NCBI GenBank assembly: GCA_050124795.1
Contig: JASFEO010000014.1
Coordinates: forward strand, 1-34,510
Direction: 5' to 3'
Length of the DNA stretch: 34,510 bases
Source of the DNA: Candidatus Pacearchaeota archaeon
GTDB lineage: Archaea; Nanobdellota; Nanobdellia; Pacearchaeales; GW2011-AR1
The notes beneath the pieces are model-generated. The model had not been told where the DNA came from. It searched no databases and saw only the letters and a program-made list of their open reading frames with translations. Both the position numbers and the translations under genes were made by a program. Positions 26,633-34,510 of this stretch are shown here, piece by piece; position 1 is the stretch's first letter; every line of letters begins with the position of its first letter.

Positions 26633-27529
26633 ATGAAACAAATAAAATTTAGCGCAATAATTTTGTCACTGGTTTTGATTTTGAGTATTCTGCCGGTTGT
26701 AGTTGCAGATGATGAGAGCTTTGCAGAAAGTGATGTGATTGGTTCAGATGATGTTGAAGTTCTTGATGATTTAGAGGCTGCAGATGATTTTGAGGAAATT
26801 GAGGAGATAATTCCTGAAGAAGAAATGCCTGAAGACAATGTTTTAAGAATCCGGCAGGTAACCTATGGACGAGGATTTATTGTAAAAGATGATGAAAGTA
26901 ATGCAGATATTTTCAGAGGACTTTGGGTTGCTGACAGAATAGTGGAAGATTCAACTATCACAGACGCGGCAAGCGCAGAAATAACCACAAAAAAGTTTGG
27001 ATATGTTATGCTCGGAGCAGGAGAAAGACATGAAAAGTTTAGATTAGAAAAAAGTGAGTTTACTGACGAACAAATTACTTTTAATCTGCTTGACTCCGAC
27101 GGAAACAGCGCAGGAACACTTGTATTAAAACCAAAAAAATACACTTACATCAAACTCTGGTTTGGAACTTTGACTCTAACTAGTGGAAATTACGCAGGGA
27201 CATGGTCTGTTAGTGCAATTGCAAGAACAAGAATTGTAAAGCCAAGAATTGTAAAACCTTCCAGATGGAATATTTTTGCAGCCGCACAAAGAAGACGCGC
27301 AGAAGTTCATGAACAAATTCAGGAAAGGCTTTTAGAAAAAGAAGGACTCTCCGAAGATGCAATTGCAGAAGTCAGAGCAAATGTTGCAGATAGTGCAAGT
27401 GGTGTTGCAAAAACTGCTGTGAGAATTAATCGGGCTGAAAAAGTCAGAACTGCTGTTGCGGCAAGGGTCGCGAATAGAATTGTAGTGACAAATGCAGGGC
27501 AAATTCCTTCAACAGACACAGCAGAATAA
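26633..27529 (+). CDS. Secreted hypothetical protein
   Basis: GGAGGT SD, signal peptide, acidic N-region, beta domain, Ala/Arg-rich helical C-terminus. Confidence 0.7.
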   Translation: MKQIKFSAIILSLVLILSILPVVVADDESFAESDVIGSDDVEVLDDLEAADDFEEIEEIIPEEEMPEDNVLRIRQVTYGRGFIVKDDESNADIFRGLWVADRIVEDSTITDAASAEITTKKFGYVMLGAGERHEKFRLEKSEFTDEQITFNLLDSDGNSAGTLVLKPKKYTYIKLWFGTLTLTSGNYAGTWSVSAIARTRIVKPRIVKPSRWNIFAAAQRRRAEVHEQIQERLLEKEGLSEDAIAEVRANVADSASGVAKTAVRINRAEKVRTAVAARVANRIVVTNAGQIPSTDTAE

Positions 27530-27530
27530 A

Positions 27531-27553
27531 TTTTTTATTTTATTTTATTTTAT
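27531..27553 (+). terminator. Oligo-T archaeal-type terminator candidate
   Basis: Run of T-tracts separated by single A residues directly after the stop codon. Confidence 0.4.
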
Positions 27554-27611
27554 TAATTAGTTAAAAATTAGCTTCCCAAATCTTTTTAAACTAAAATTCT
27601 TCTTTTATTTA

Positions 27612-27668
27612 CATGGTTAGAGTAAACCTTAAAAAGGTTTTCACTCATCTGCTTACAGGAGTAATCAA
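27612..27668 (+). promoter_or_regulatory. Structured 5' leader of rpl15e
   Basis: GAGT-AAACCTT-AAA-AAGGTTT-TC-ACTC hairpin and TTAC-AGGA-GTAA around the SD; TTTTTAAA box near 27583. Confidence 0.5.
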
Positions 27669-28238
27669 ATGAAAGGATTATATCATTATATTCGGGAAGC
27701 TTGGAAAAAGCCTGACAAGAAAACTTTGAGAGAAAGAATGATTGAGTGGAGAAAGTCAAATGTGCTTACAAAAGTTGAGAAACCTCTTCGGTTAGACAGG
27801 GCAAGAAGTCTTGGTTATAAAAATAAAAAAGGTTTTGTTGTGATTAGAGTTCGGATAAAAAGAGGGGGGCATAAAAGACCGAGACCAAATGCCGGGCGAA
27901 GAAGTAAGAGAATGCACATTAGAAAAAATTTGCATATGAACTATAAGTGGATTGCTGAAAGCAGGGTTGAGAATAAATTCAGGAATCTGGTTGTGTTAAA
28001 TTCATATTTAATCGGCAAAGACGGAATAAATTATTTTTATGAAGTTATTTGCGTTGACCCAGAGAGGCCGGAAATCAAAAACGACAAAACAATTAATTGG
28101 ACAACCAAGGGAGTTAATAAAAAACGCGCATCTCACGGTTTAACATCAAGTGCTAAAAAGTCGAGAGGACTAAGAAGCAAGCATCCTGCAAATAAAGCGC
28201 GTCCAAGTCGACGTGCAGGAAATCGGAAAGGAAATTAA
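27669..28238 (+). CDS. rpl15e: 50S ribosomal protein L15e
   Basis: IREAWKKP, P.RLDRARSLGYK.K.G..V.RVRI.RGG, VLNSY, YEVI.VDP, GLTS.AKKSRGL. Confidence 0.96.
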   Translation: MKGLYHYIREAWKKPDKKTLRERMIEWRKSNVLTKVEKPLRLDRARSLGYKNKKGFVVIRVRIKRGGHKRPRPNAGRRSKRMHIRKNLHMNYKWIAESRVENKFRNLVVLNSYLIGKDGINYFYEVICVDPERPEIKNDKTINWTTKGVNKKRASHGLTSSAKKSRGLRSKHPANKARPSRRAGNRKGN

Positions 28239-28284
28239 AATCAATCACAATAATTTTTATAAACTAAACTTTTGGTGTAATTTT

Positions 28285-28521
28285 ATGGATAATGAACAAT
28301 ATGCTCGTGAAGCAAAAGAAATTGTTAACCAATATAGCAAATTGTCTCGCAGAATACTTTCAAGAGCAACGAAACATGAGAGGAGGGCATTTGCAGTTTT
28401 AGGTAGAAAAGTTGATAATCTTGTTTCTGATTTTGAAGAAGATTCTGATAAAAGAAGAGATCCACTTTCAGAAATTATTGGCAGCGACGGATACCAACTT
28501 TCTAAGTTGCTTAAAAAATAA
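28285..28521 (+). CDS. Hypothetical protein
   Basis: ATG 28285 about 25 nt after TTTATAAA. Confidence 0.5.
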   Translation: MDNEQYAREAKEIVNQYSKLSRRILSRATKHERRAFAVLGRKVDNLVSDFEEDSDKRRDPLSEIIGSDGYQLSKLLKK

Positions 28522-28575
28522 TTTCACTTAATCGTAATTCAAAAATTATTTAAACTAATATTTTTTTAATCTTCA

Positions 28576-29157
28576 ATGGAATTAAAAGGAAGTGAAACAG
28601 AAAAGAATTTGCTTAAAGCTTTTGCAGGCGAGAGTCAGGCAAGAAATCGTTATACTTATTTTGCAAGTGTTGCAAGAAAAGAAGGTTACAGACAAATTGC
28701 TGCGATTTTTACTGAGACTGCTGACAATGAAAAAGAGCATGCTGAAATTTTCTTTAAACATTTAAAAGAAATAAATGGAGAACTTTTGGAAATTACTGCA
28801 GAATATCCTGCAGGAAAGATTGGAACAACTGAGGAAAATTTATTGGCTGCAGCAGAAGGCGAAAAAGCAGAGTGGGGTTCAATTTATCCTGAGTTTGAAA
28901 AAGTCGCAAGACAGGAAGGCTTTGACGATGCGGCAGATTCATTTAAAGAAATTGCAGAAGTTGAGCAGTATCATGAAAGAAGATATAGAAAACTTCTTAG
29001 AAATGTTGAAGAGGATAAAGTTTTTGTTAAGGGTGAGAAAGTTGGATGGAAGTGCAGGAATTGCGGTTATGTTCATATCGGTGAAGAGGCTCCCGGAACT
29101 TGCCCAGCCTGCAAGCATGATAGAAGTTATTATGAAGTTTGGTGTGAGAATTATTAA
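28576..29157 (+). CDS. rbr: Rubrerythrin
   Basis: NL.KAFAGESQARNRY, EKEHA, GE..E..YP, VEQYHE, WKCRNCGY..CPACKH. Confidence 0.96.
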   Translation: MELKGSETEKNLLKAFAGESQARNRYTYFASVARKEGYRQIAAIFTETADNEKEHAEIFFKHLKEINGELLEITAEYPAGKIGTTEENLLAAAEGEKAEWGSIYPEFEKVARQEGFDDAADSFKEIAEVEQYHERRYRKLLRNVEEDKVFVKGEKVGWKCRNCGYVHIGEEAPGTCPACKHDRSYYEVWCENY

Positions 29158-29221
29158 GTGCTTTGCAACATTAGAATTTTAATACAACAATATTTAAATA
29201 TTGAAAAATAATTATCTATTT

Positions 29222-29623
29222 ATGGCAGATGAACTTTATGTTTGCGGGCTTTCCGAAGATAGTTACTTTGGAGAAAGAGAATGTTTTATAGTCGATGCAT
29301 GCGAAAATAAAAATGGGACAAAGTGGATAAAGTTGATGATGAGACAGGAGGGAAATAATTTTGTTCCGCTTACAAAATTATTTAGTGTGGATGAAATAAA
29401 ATTTCTTAGTAAAAAAAGAAGAGGAGAATTAAGACAGATGTTTAACAAAGGAATTAATGTTTGCACAAACCCTTTAACACATTCAAAAGATTTAACAGCC
29501 TTAACTGACAACAGCCCACTGTTTAATAGGAAAACTTTGAAGGATGAATTTCATGAATATAAGGATATTCATACCGGTGAAATTTTTAATCTAAAAAATC
29601 CATCTTATCAATTTTTACAATAA
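29222..29623 (+). CDS. Hypothetical protein
   Basis: ATG 29222 about 25 nt after TTTAAATA. Confidence 0.55.
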   Translation: MADELYVCGLSEDSYFGERECFIVDACENKNGTKWIKLMMRQEGNNFVPLTKLFSVDEIKFLSKKRRGELRQMFNKGINVCTNPLTHSKDLTALTDNSPLFNRKTLKDEFHEYKDIHTGEIFNLKNPSYQFLQ

Positions 29624-29653
29624 TTATTTAAACTTCTTAATCTTTGGTTTTTT

Positions 29654-30196
29654 ATGAAAAAGGGGAAACCAGAACTTTATGAAAATTATCCTTGGAAAAA
29701 TGTATTGATTTATAATTTAGTTACATGGTCTGTTTATTTTGCCGGGCTTTTTTTAATGTTTAGTGTGCATTTATTTGCAGGGGTGTTGTTTTTTGTTTAT
29801 ATCTTATTTATTGAGTATTCAGTGTATAAGGACGGGTGCAGGCATTGTTATTATTATGGAAAAAGATGTGTTGCAGGAAGAGGAAAGATTGCGCCGTTGT
29901 TTTTTAAAAAAGGAAATCCAAAAAAGTTTTGCGAGAAAACACTCTCGTTTAAGGATTTTATTCCGAGTTTATTAGTTGCATTTATTCCTATGCTCGCAGG
30001 GATTTATCTTTTAATTAAGGATTTTAGTTTTCTAATTTTAGGATTAACTTTGTGGCCATTAATTGTAAACTTCGTCGGCAATCCGATTGTTTATGGAGAA
30101 TTAGCTTGTCCTCATTGCAGGCAAGGCGCAAAGTGCTGTCCAGCTTGTGAATATTTTAAGAAAAATTATGAACCTCGCGGGAAGAAGAAAAAGTAA
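29654..30196 (+). CDS. Four-TM Cys-rich membrane protein
   Basis: Two TM pairs followed by CRHCYYYGKRC and CPHCRQ..CCPAC. Confidence 0.7.
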   Translation: MKKGKPELYENYPWKNVLIYNLVTWSVYFAGLFLMFSVHLFAGVLFFVYILFIEYSVYKDGCRHCYYYGKRCVAGRGKIAPLFFKKGNPKKFCEKTLSFKDFIPSLLVAFIPMLAGIYLLIKDFSFLILGLTLWPLIVNFVGNPIVYGELACPHCRQGAKCCPACEYFKKNYEPRGKKKK

Positions 30197-30228
30197 AATT
30201 ATATAAACTTTGGATTAGTTAGTTTTTT

Positions 30229-30570
30229 ATGACAAAAAAGATTGAAGTAGAAATTCTAGAACAAGATTTGAGATGCATAAAAAAACAGGGTGAGCGTACA
30301 GTATTAGAAGGGTATGTTATAATTGGTTTTGGATGTACAAAATGCCATGCGCCTCAAGAAGTTAGACAAAATTTTCCAAATGAATGGACTAATACAATCT
30401 ACAAATGTAAATCTTGTGATGAAAAATATCTAATCAGCGTGGGAGCAAATAATCCTTTTACTCCGAGAGTAGGAGATAGTGAAGAAGCAGAACATTATAA
30501 AAAGATGATTCCATTTTTTCAGAAAACAAGAGGAGTTCAATCTCAGGATGAAATTAATCTAAAGATGTAA
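30229..30570 (+). CDS. Zn-ribbon hypothetical protein
   Basis: CTKC..CKSC; own TATA-like box; coupled to dfx. Confidence 0.6.
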   Translation: MTKKIEVEILEQDLRCIKKQGERTVLEGYVIIGFGCTKCHAPQEVRQNFPNEWTNTIYKCKSCDEKYLISVGANNPFTPRVGDSEEAEHYKKMIPFFQKTRGVQSQDEINLKM

Positions 30571-30571
30571 A

Positions 30572-30946
30572 ATGACAATTAAATTTCAAATCTATAAATG
30601 TGAAGTTTGCGGAAACATTATTGAAGTTTTGCATGAAGGAGCAGGTGAACTTGTTTGCTGCGGGCAACCCATGAAATTAAAAAAGGAAAATTCTGTTGAT
30701 GCCGCGACTGAAAAACATGTTCCTGTAATTCTCAAAAATGAACAAGGAGTTATTGTCAAGGTCGGCGAAGAAGAGCATCCCAGTACATCTGAACATTATA
30801 TTGAGTGGATAGAAATTTCAACAGACAAAGGGGCATCTAAAAAATTCTTAAAACCCGGTGAAAAACCAGAGGCAAAATTTCCTGTTAAAAAAGATGTCAA
30901 GGCAAGAGAGTATTGCAATTTACATGGACTTTGGAAAAAAGAATAA
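30572..30946 (+). CDS. dfx: Desulfoferrodoxin (2Fe superoxide reductase)
   Basis: YKCEVCGN..LVCCGQPM, EKHVP, HP....HYIEWI, EYCNLHGLW. Confidence 0.96.
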   Translation: MTIKFQIYKCEVCGNIIEVLHEGAGELVCCGQPMKLKKENSVDAATEKHVPVILKNEQGVIVKVGEEEHPSTSEHYIEWIEISTDKGASKKFLKPGEKPEAKFPVKKDVKAREYCNLHGLWKKE

Positions 30947-31363
30947 ATGGAATTTTTAGAAAAAATAAATTTTATTGTAATTCATCATTCAGGAAGTTTA
31001 AATTCTTATGACGCAATAAAAGATTTTCATGTTAATACCCGAGGCTGGGAAGATATTGGCTATCATTGGTTAATTGATAAAAATGGAAAATTATTGAAAG
31101 GAAGAAGTGAGGAATTTATCGGAGCGCATTGTTTAGGCCACAACAGAAATTCAATTGCAGTTTGCATGATTGGGGATTTTGAATTTATTAAACCAACTGA
31201 AAAACAAATGAAAACTTTAATTAAATTTCTAAAAGAAAAACTTGAGGAGAATAATCTTTATTTAAAAAATATTTTGGGCCATAGAGAAGTTGGAGAACGG
31301 GAAAAAATTTGCCCGGGTAAAAATATTAATTTAAATGAATTGCGAGAGAAATTAAAACAATAA
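30947..31363 (+). CDS. N-acetylmuramoyl-L-alanine amidase (Amidase_2/PGRP, T7-lysozyme-like)
   Basis: IVIHHS, H...RGWEDIGYHWLI, GR....GAHC.GHN..SIAVC.IGDF, ILGHRE, CPG. Confidence 0.9.
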   Translation: MEFLEKINFIVIHHSGSLNSYDAIKDFHVNTRGWEDIGYHWLIDKNGKLLKGRSEEFIGAHCLGHNRNSIAVCMIGDFEFIKPTEKQMKTLIKFLKEKLEENNLYLKNILGHREVGEREKICPGKNINLNELREKLKQ

Positions 31364-31393
31364 GGTTAAAAACCTGAAATTCTTAAATTAGTC

Positions 31394-31612
31394 ATGGTGA
31401 TAAATTATTTTAAAATAATAGGTGTGATTGGGTTGTTGTTAATTTCTATTGGGATAATAACAAAGAAAAGAAAAAAACAAGATGCTTATTATCTCGCAGG
31501 GGGGATTTGTCTTTTAATTTATAGTTCTTATCTAAGGGATATTATTTTTATAATCTTTCAATCAGTTTTCACACTTTCAGCAATTTATGATTTGCATAAG
31601 CAATTAAAATGA
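31394..31612 (+). CDS. Small membrane protein (about 3 TM)
   Basis: Hydrophobic segments; ATGA overlap with lig. Confidence 0.65.
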   Translation: MVINYFKIIGVIGLLLISIGIITKKRKKQDAYYLAGGICLLIYSSYLRDIIFIIFQSVFTLSAIYDLHKQLK

Positions 31613-33324
31613 GATACAAAAAATTAGCACAACTTTATGAAGAAGCTTCATCAACTACAAAGAGACTGGAGAAAATAAAAATCCTCTCAAAGTTTTTAGG
31701 GCTTTTATCAAAAGAAGATAGAGATGTTATGTATTTGTTAGAGGGAGATATTTATCCTGAGTATGATGAGAGAAGAATTGGAATTAGCAATCAACTTGCA
31801 ATAAAAGCAATTTCAAAAGCAACTGGAGTGAATGCAAAAAAAATTGTTAGTGAATGGAAGAAGATTGGAGATCTGGGCGAAGTTGCTGAAAAACTTACAA
31901 AAACAAAAAAACAATCAACACTTTATTCACATGTCTTGACAACAAAAAAAGTTGTTGATAATTTAAGGAAATTGCCTGAACTTGTGGGCAAGGGAACAGT
32001 AAATAAAAAACTTGGTTTAATAACTGAACTATTAACTTCTGCAAGTTCTATTGAGGCAAAATATTTGGTGAGAACTTTGATCGGAGATTTAAGAATTGGA
32101 ATTCAGGAAAGCACAATTAAGGAATCATTGGCAGTTGCATATTTTGGCGAGGACAAAAAGAAAGAAGCTTCAGGAATTATCCAGAGAGCAATTGATAAGT
32201 CAAATGATCTGGCCTTGGTTTTTGATATGGTAAGTAAAAAGAATTTGAAAAAAATCAGTGAGGTTGATTTGGAAATTGGAAAACCAATTAAGGCAATGCT
32301 CTGCAAAAAAGTTGCGAATATTAAAGATGGTTTTAAAGAAGTTGGAAAGCCTTGCGCAGTTGAATATAAGTATGATGGATTCAGATTGTTGATTCACAAA
32401 AAAGGAAAGCAGCTGACTTTGTTTACACGGAATTTGGAAAATGTAACAAAGCAGTTTCCTGAAGTTGTTGATTATATTCATAAATATGTAAAGGGCAATT
32501 CTTTTATTTTGGATTCTGAAGCAGTTGGTTATGACAAAAAGACAAAGGAGTATAAACCATTTCAGGCGATTTCCCAAAGAATCAGAAGAAAATATTCAAT
32601 TGAAAAACTGCAAAATGAACTTCCTGTTGAACTTAATATTTTTGATGTTTTATTGTACAATGGAAAATCGCAGCTTGATGAGCCATTTGAAAAAAGAACT
32701 AAACTTTTGAAAAAAATAATTACAAATCATCCTTACAAATTAATTCATGCAAAGCAAATTATAACTGATAGTGAAAAAAAAGCAAAAGTGTTTTACAAAA
32801 AAGCTTTGGCAGATAATCAGGAAGGAATTATGATGAAAAATTTAAAAGCAATTTATCAGCCTGGTCGTCGCGTCGGCAACATGGTTAAATTAAAACCTGA
32901 AGAAAGAGATTTGGATTTGGTGATCACAGGTGCAGAATATGGAACAGGAAAAAGAAGTGGATGGTTTTCAAGTTTTATTTTAAGTTGTCGAAATAAAAAA
33001 GGAAAATATTTGGAAATCGGAAAAATGGGGACGGGGATAAAAGAGAAAAAGGGTGAGGCCGGAATTACATTTGAGGAATTGACTGAAAAAGTTAAGCCTT
33101 TGATTATTGAAGAGCAAGGAAAAAGAGTTAAGATAAAACCTAAAATTATTTTAGCAATTACTTATCAGGAAATTCAAAAGTCGCCAAATTATAAATCGGG
33201 TTTTGCTCTTCGTTTTCCAAGATTTACTGCACTTCGACCTGACAAGCATTTGTCTGAAATTACAACTTTAGAAGAAATTGAAGATGATTTTAAAAATCAA
33301 AAAAGAAATTATAAATATGGATAA
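31609..33324 (+). CDS. lig: ATP-dependent DNA ligase
   Basis: GDLG, LRIG, EYKYDGFR, ILDSE, FDVL, EGIMMK, DLVITG..GKR, ALRFPRF..RPDK. Confidence 0.96.
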   Translation: MRYKKLAQLYEEASSTTKRLEKIKILSKFLGLLSKEDRDVMYLLEGDIYPEYDERRIGISNQLAIKAISKATGVNAKKIVSEWKKIGDLGEVAEKLTKTKKQSTLYSHVLTTKKVVDNLRKLPELVGKGTVNKKLGLITELLTSASSIEAKYLVRTLIGDLRIGIQESTIKESLAVAYFGEDKKKEASGIIQRAIDKSNDLALVFDMVSKKNLKKISEVDLEIGKPIKAMLCKKVANIKDGFKEVGKPCAVEYKYDGFRLLIHKKGKQLTLFTRNLENVTKQFPEVVDYIHKYVKGNSFILDSEAVGYDKKTKEYKPFQAISQRIRRKYSIEKLQNELPVELNIFDVLLYNGKSQLDEPFEKRTKLLKKIITNHPYKLIHAKQIITDSEKKAKVFYKKALADNQEGIMMKNLKAIYQPGRRVGNMVKLKPEERDLDLVITGAEYGTGKRSGWFSSFILSCRNKKGKYLEIGKMGTGIKEKKGEAGITFEELTEKVKPLIIEEQGKRVKIKPKIILAITYQEIQKSPNYKSGFALRFPRFTALRPDKHLSEITTLEEIEDDFKNQKRNYKYG

Positions 33325-33358
33325 AAAACTTTAAAACTTCTCTTTTCTATTAAAGATT

Positions 33359-34405
33359 ATGAAAAGGGGTTTAGTAATTTTAGTTTTTATTTTGTCAGTT
33401 TGTTTTGTCAGTGCAATTCATGTTGCAAAAATTAATGGAGGCAATTCTGTTTCAGTTGAAGAAGGCCAGGCTTATTATTATAACTTCAGTATTGAAAACA
33501 CTGGTTCAGGAAATATAACTCTTGTTAACATAACCCTTCCCTCAGGACTTCATTTCAGGGCAACAACAGAAATCACCGACGCATTTTTCCAGACTTTTAT
33601 CAATACCAGCGACACATTAACATGGAACAATTCTGCAAATTATTTAATTGGTTCAACTGAAACAAAACATTTCGCATTTGTCGGAGAAGCAAAAACGCAA
33701 GGCATTTATCAAATAATAATTTTAACTGATGGCACTGACGGAGAATATTCTTCTGCAATAGAGTTGGAAATTTTTTCAATAGAAAATTCCTCATGCATTT
33801 CTAACTGGAGTTGCGGCGCCTGGTCAGGTTGCGAAGATAATTTCCAGACAAGAACATGCACAGATTTAGATTCATGCAATGATACTTCAACAAAACCCCT
33901 TGAACAAAGATATTGTTCTGCAGAAACATGTCTTCAAAATTGGAGTTGCGGCGCTTGGTCAGGTTGTGCTGGGGGAATTCAAACAAGAACTTGCCTTGAT
34001 TTAAATAGCTGCAATAATTTAACAGGAAAACCAAATGAAACTCAAAGTTGTCTGGGAAATTGCGTTCCTGCATATTCCTGCACAGACTGGCTACCGGAAA
34101 AGTGCGACAAAACCCAAACCCAAACAAGAATCTGCACAGACTCAAATAATTGCGGGAGTGCTTTAGATAAACCTGAAGAATCAAGAGAGTGCAAGGCAGA
34201 CTCACATTTATTTTTCATAATCCTTGTTTCAGTAATTGTAACTGTGATTCTTTTTTTTGGGATTACCTTGTTTATTAAAATAAGAAAAATCATGAAAGAA
34301 AAAAATTCTCAAAATTTCAACTTAACAGAAAATAACCCCTCCAAACAACCAAATCAGAAAGTTAACAAAAATAACCCTCCCGGGGCTCCACTGAAAATCT
34401 CCTAA
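33359..34405 (+). CDS. Membrane-anchored surface protein with three TSP1-like Cys/Trp repeats; 3' end derived from IS terminus
   Basis: Signal peptide, Ig-like N-domain, W.C..WS.C....QTRTC.D...C repeats, TM, cytoplasmic tail. Confidence 0.8.
   Translation: MKRGLVILVFILSVCFVSAIHVAKINGGNSVSVEEGQAYYYNFSIENTGSGNITLVNITLPSGLHFRATTEITDAFFQTFINTSDTLTWNNSANYLIGSTETKHFAFVGEAKTQGIYQIIILTDGTDGEYSSAIELEIFSIENSSCISNWSCGAWSGCEDNFQTRTCTDLDSCNDTSTKPLEQRYCSAETCLQNWSCGAWSGCAGGIQTRTCLDLNSCNNLTGKPNETQSCLGNCVPAYSCTDWLPEKCDKTQTQTRICTDSNNCGSALDKPEESRECKADSHLFFIILVSVIVTVILFFGITLFIKIRKIMKEKNSQNFNLTENNPSKQPNQKVNKNNPPGAPLKIS
33794..34195 (+). repeat. Three intragenic repeats, period about 135 nt
   Basis: TGGAGTTGCGGCGC[C/T]TGGTCAGGTTG at 33806 and 33941; degenerate third copy from about 34070. 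Confidence 0.8.
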
Positions 34406-34510
34406 GCCGCAAGGCTTAAATTGTGTGCAATCCCTTTCAAAAATATTTCTGCTTGCATTCCCTTAATTTTCTTTGCCCGAACTTCTCCGCCGTACTTTCT
34501 TTTGATTGCG
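34384..34510 (-). mobile_element. End of an IS5-family-like insertion sequence (continues past the window)
   Basis: Terminal GGCTCCACTGAAAATCTC resembles GGCT(C/T)TGTTGAA-type TIRs and lies immediately after the transposase stop. Confidence 0.7.
34402..34510 (-). CDS. DDE transposase C-terminus (partial)
   Basis: Manual translation AIKRKYGGEVRAKKIKGMQAEIFLKGIAHNLSLAA* fits the IKR..G..(V/L)RA(K/R).....E..L...HNL ending of IS5/IS4-type transposases. Confidence 0.75.
   Translation of the reverse strand, partial: AIKRKYGGEVRAKKIKGMQAEIFLKGIAHNLSLAA

Noticed and set aside
30947-31612. Prophage lysis cassette
   Set aside because: No structural, terminase or integrase genes nearby; the flanks are housekeeping genes
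34322-34380. Imperfect direct repeat TTAACA(G)AAAATAACCC(C)TCC
   Set aside because: Low-complexity Asn/Pro/Lys tail; both copies lie on one side of the IS, so it is not a target duplication

Overview
AT-rich, gene-dense chromosomal window from a small-genome archaeon. The archaeal call rests on Rpo7/RpoE', Spt4, eS24, eS31/S27ae, eL15, an ATP-dependent DNA ligase, Dph6 and TATA-like boxes about 25 nt before start codons; DPANN, probably Pacearchaeota/Woesearchaeota-like, is an inference. It also carries bacterial-type UvrA (partial) and a true gyrase, an intron-less tRNA-Trp, rubrerythrin, desulfoferrodoxin, several surface proteins (LamG, TSP1-like, a beta-barrel-like ORFan), a PGRP/Amidase_2 peptidoglycan amidase and the end of an IS5-like element. 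The most unusual pattern is that short, unrelated ORFs are slotted exactly into the stop-start junctions of conserved operons: two between rpoE1 and spt4, one between rps24e and rps27ae, and nine between gyrB and gyrA. Several are flanked by direct repeats of the junction itself, the best being 27/28 nt identical. This suggests junction-targeted gene-cassette capture, although no integrase is present in the window. Other candidates for novelty are a structured intergenic RNA (11.8-12.0 kb), a Zn-ribbon plus highly acidic protein pair upstream of gyrA, and an rpl15e leader hairpin. All product calls come from motif recognition by eye; no searches were run.
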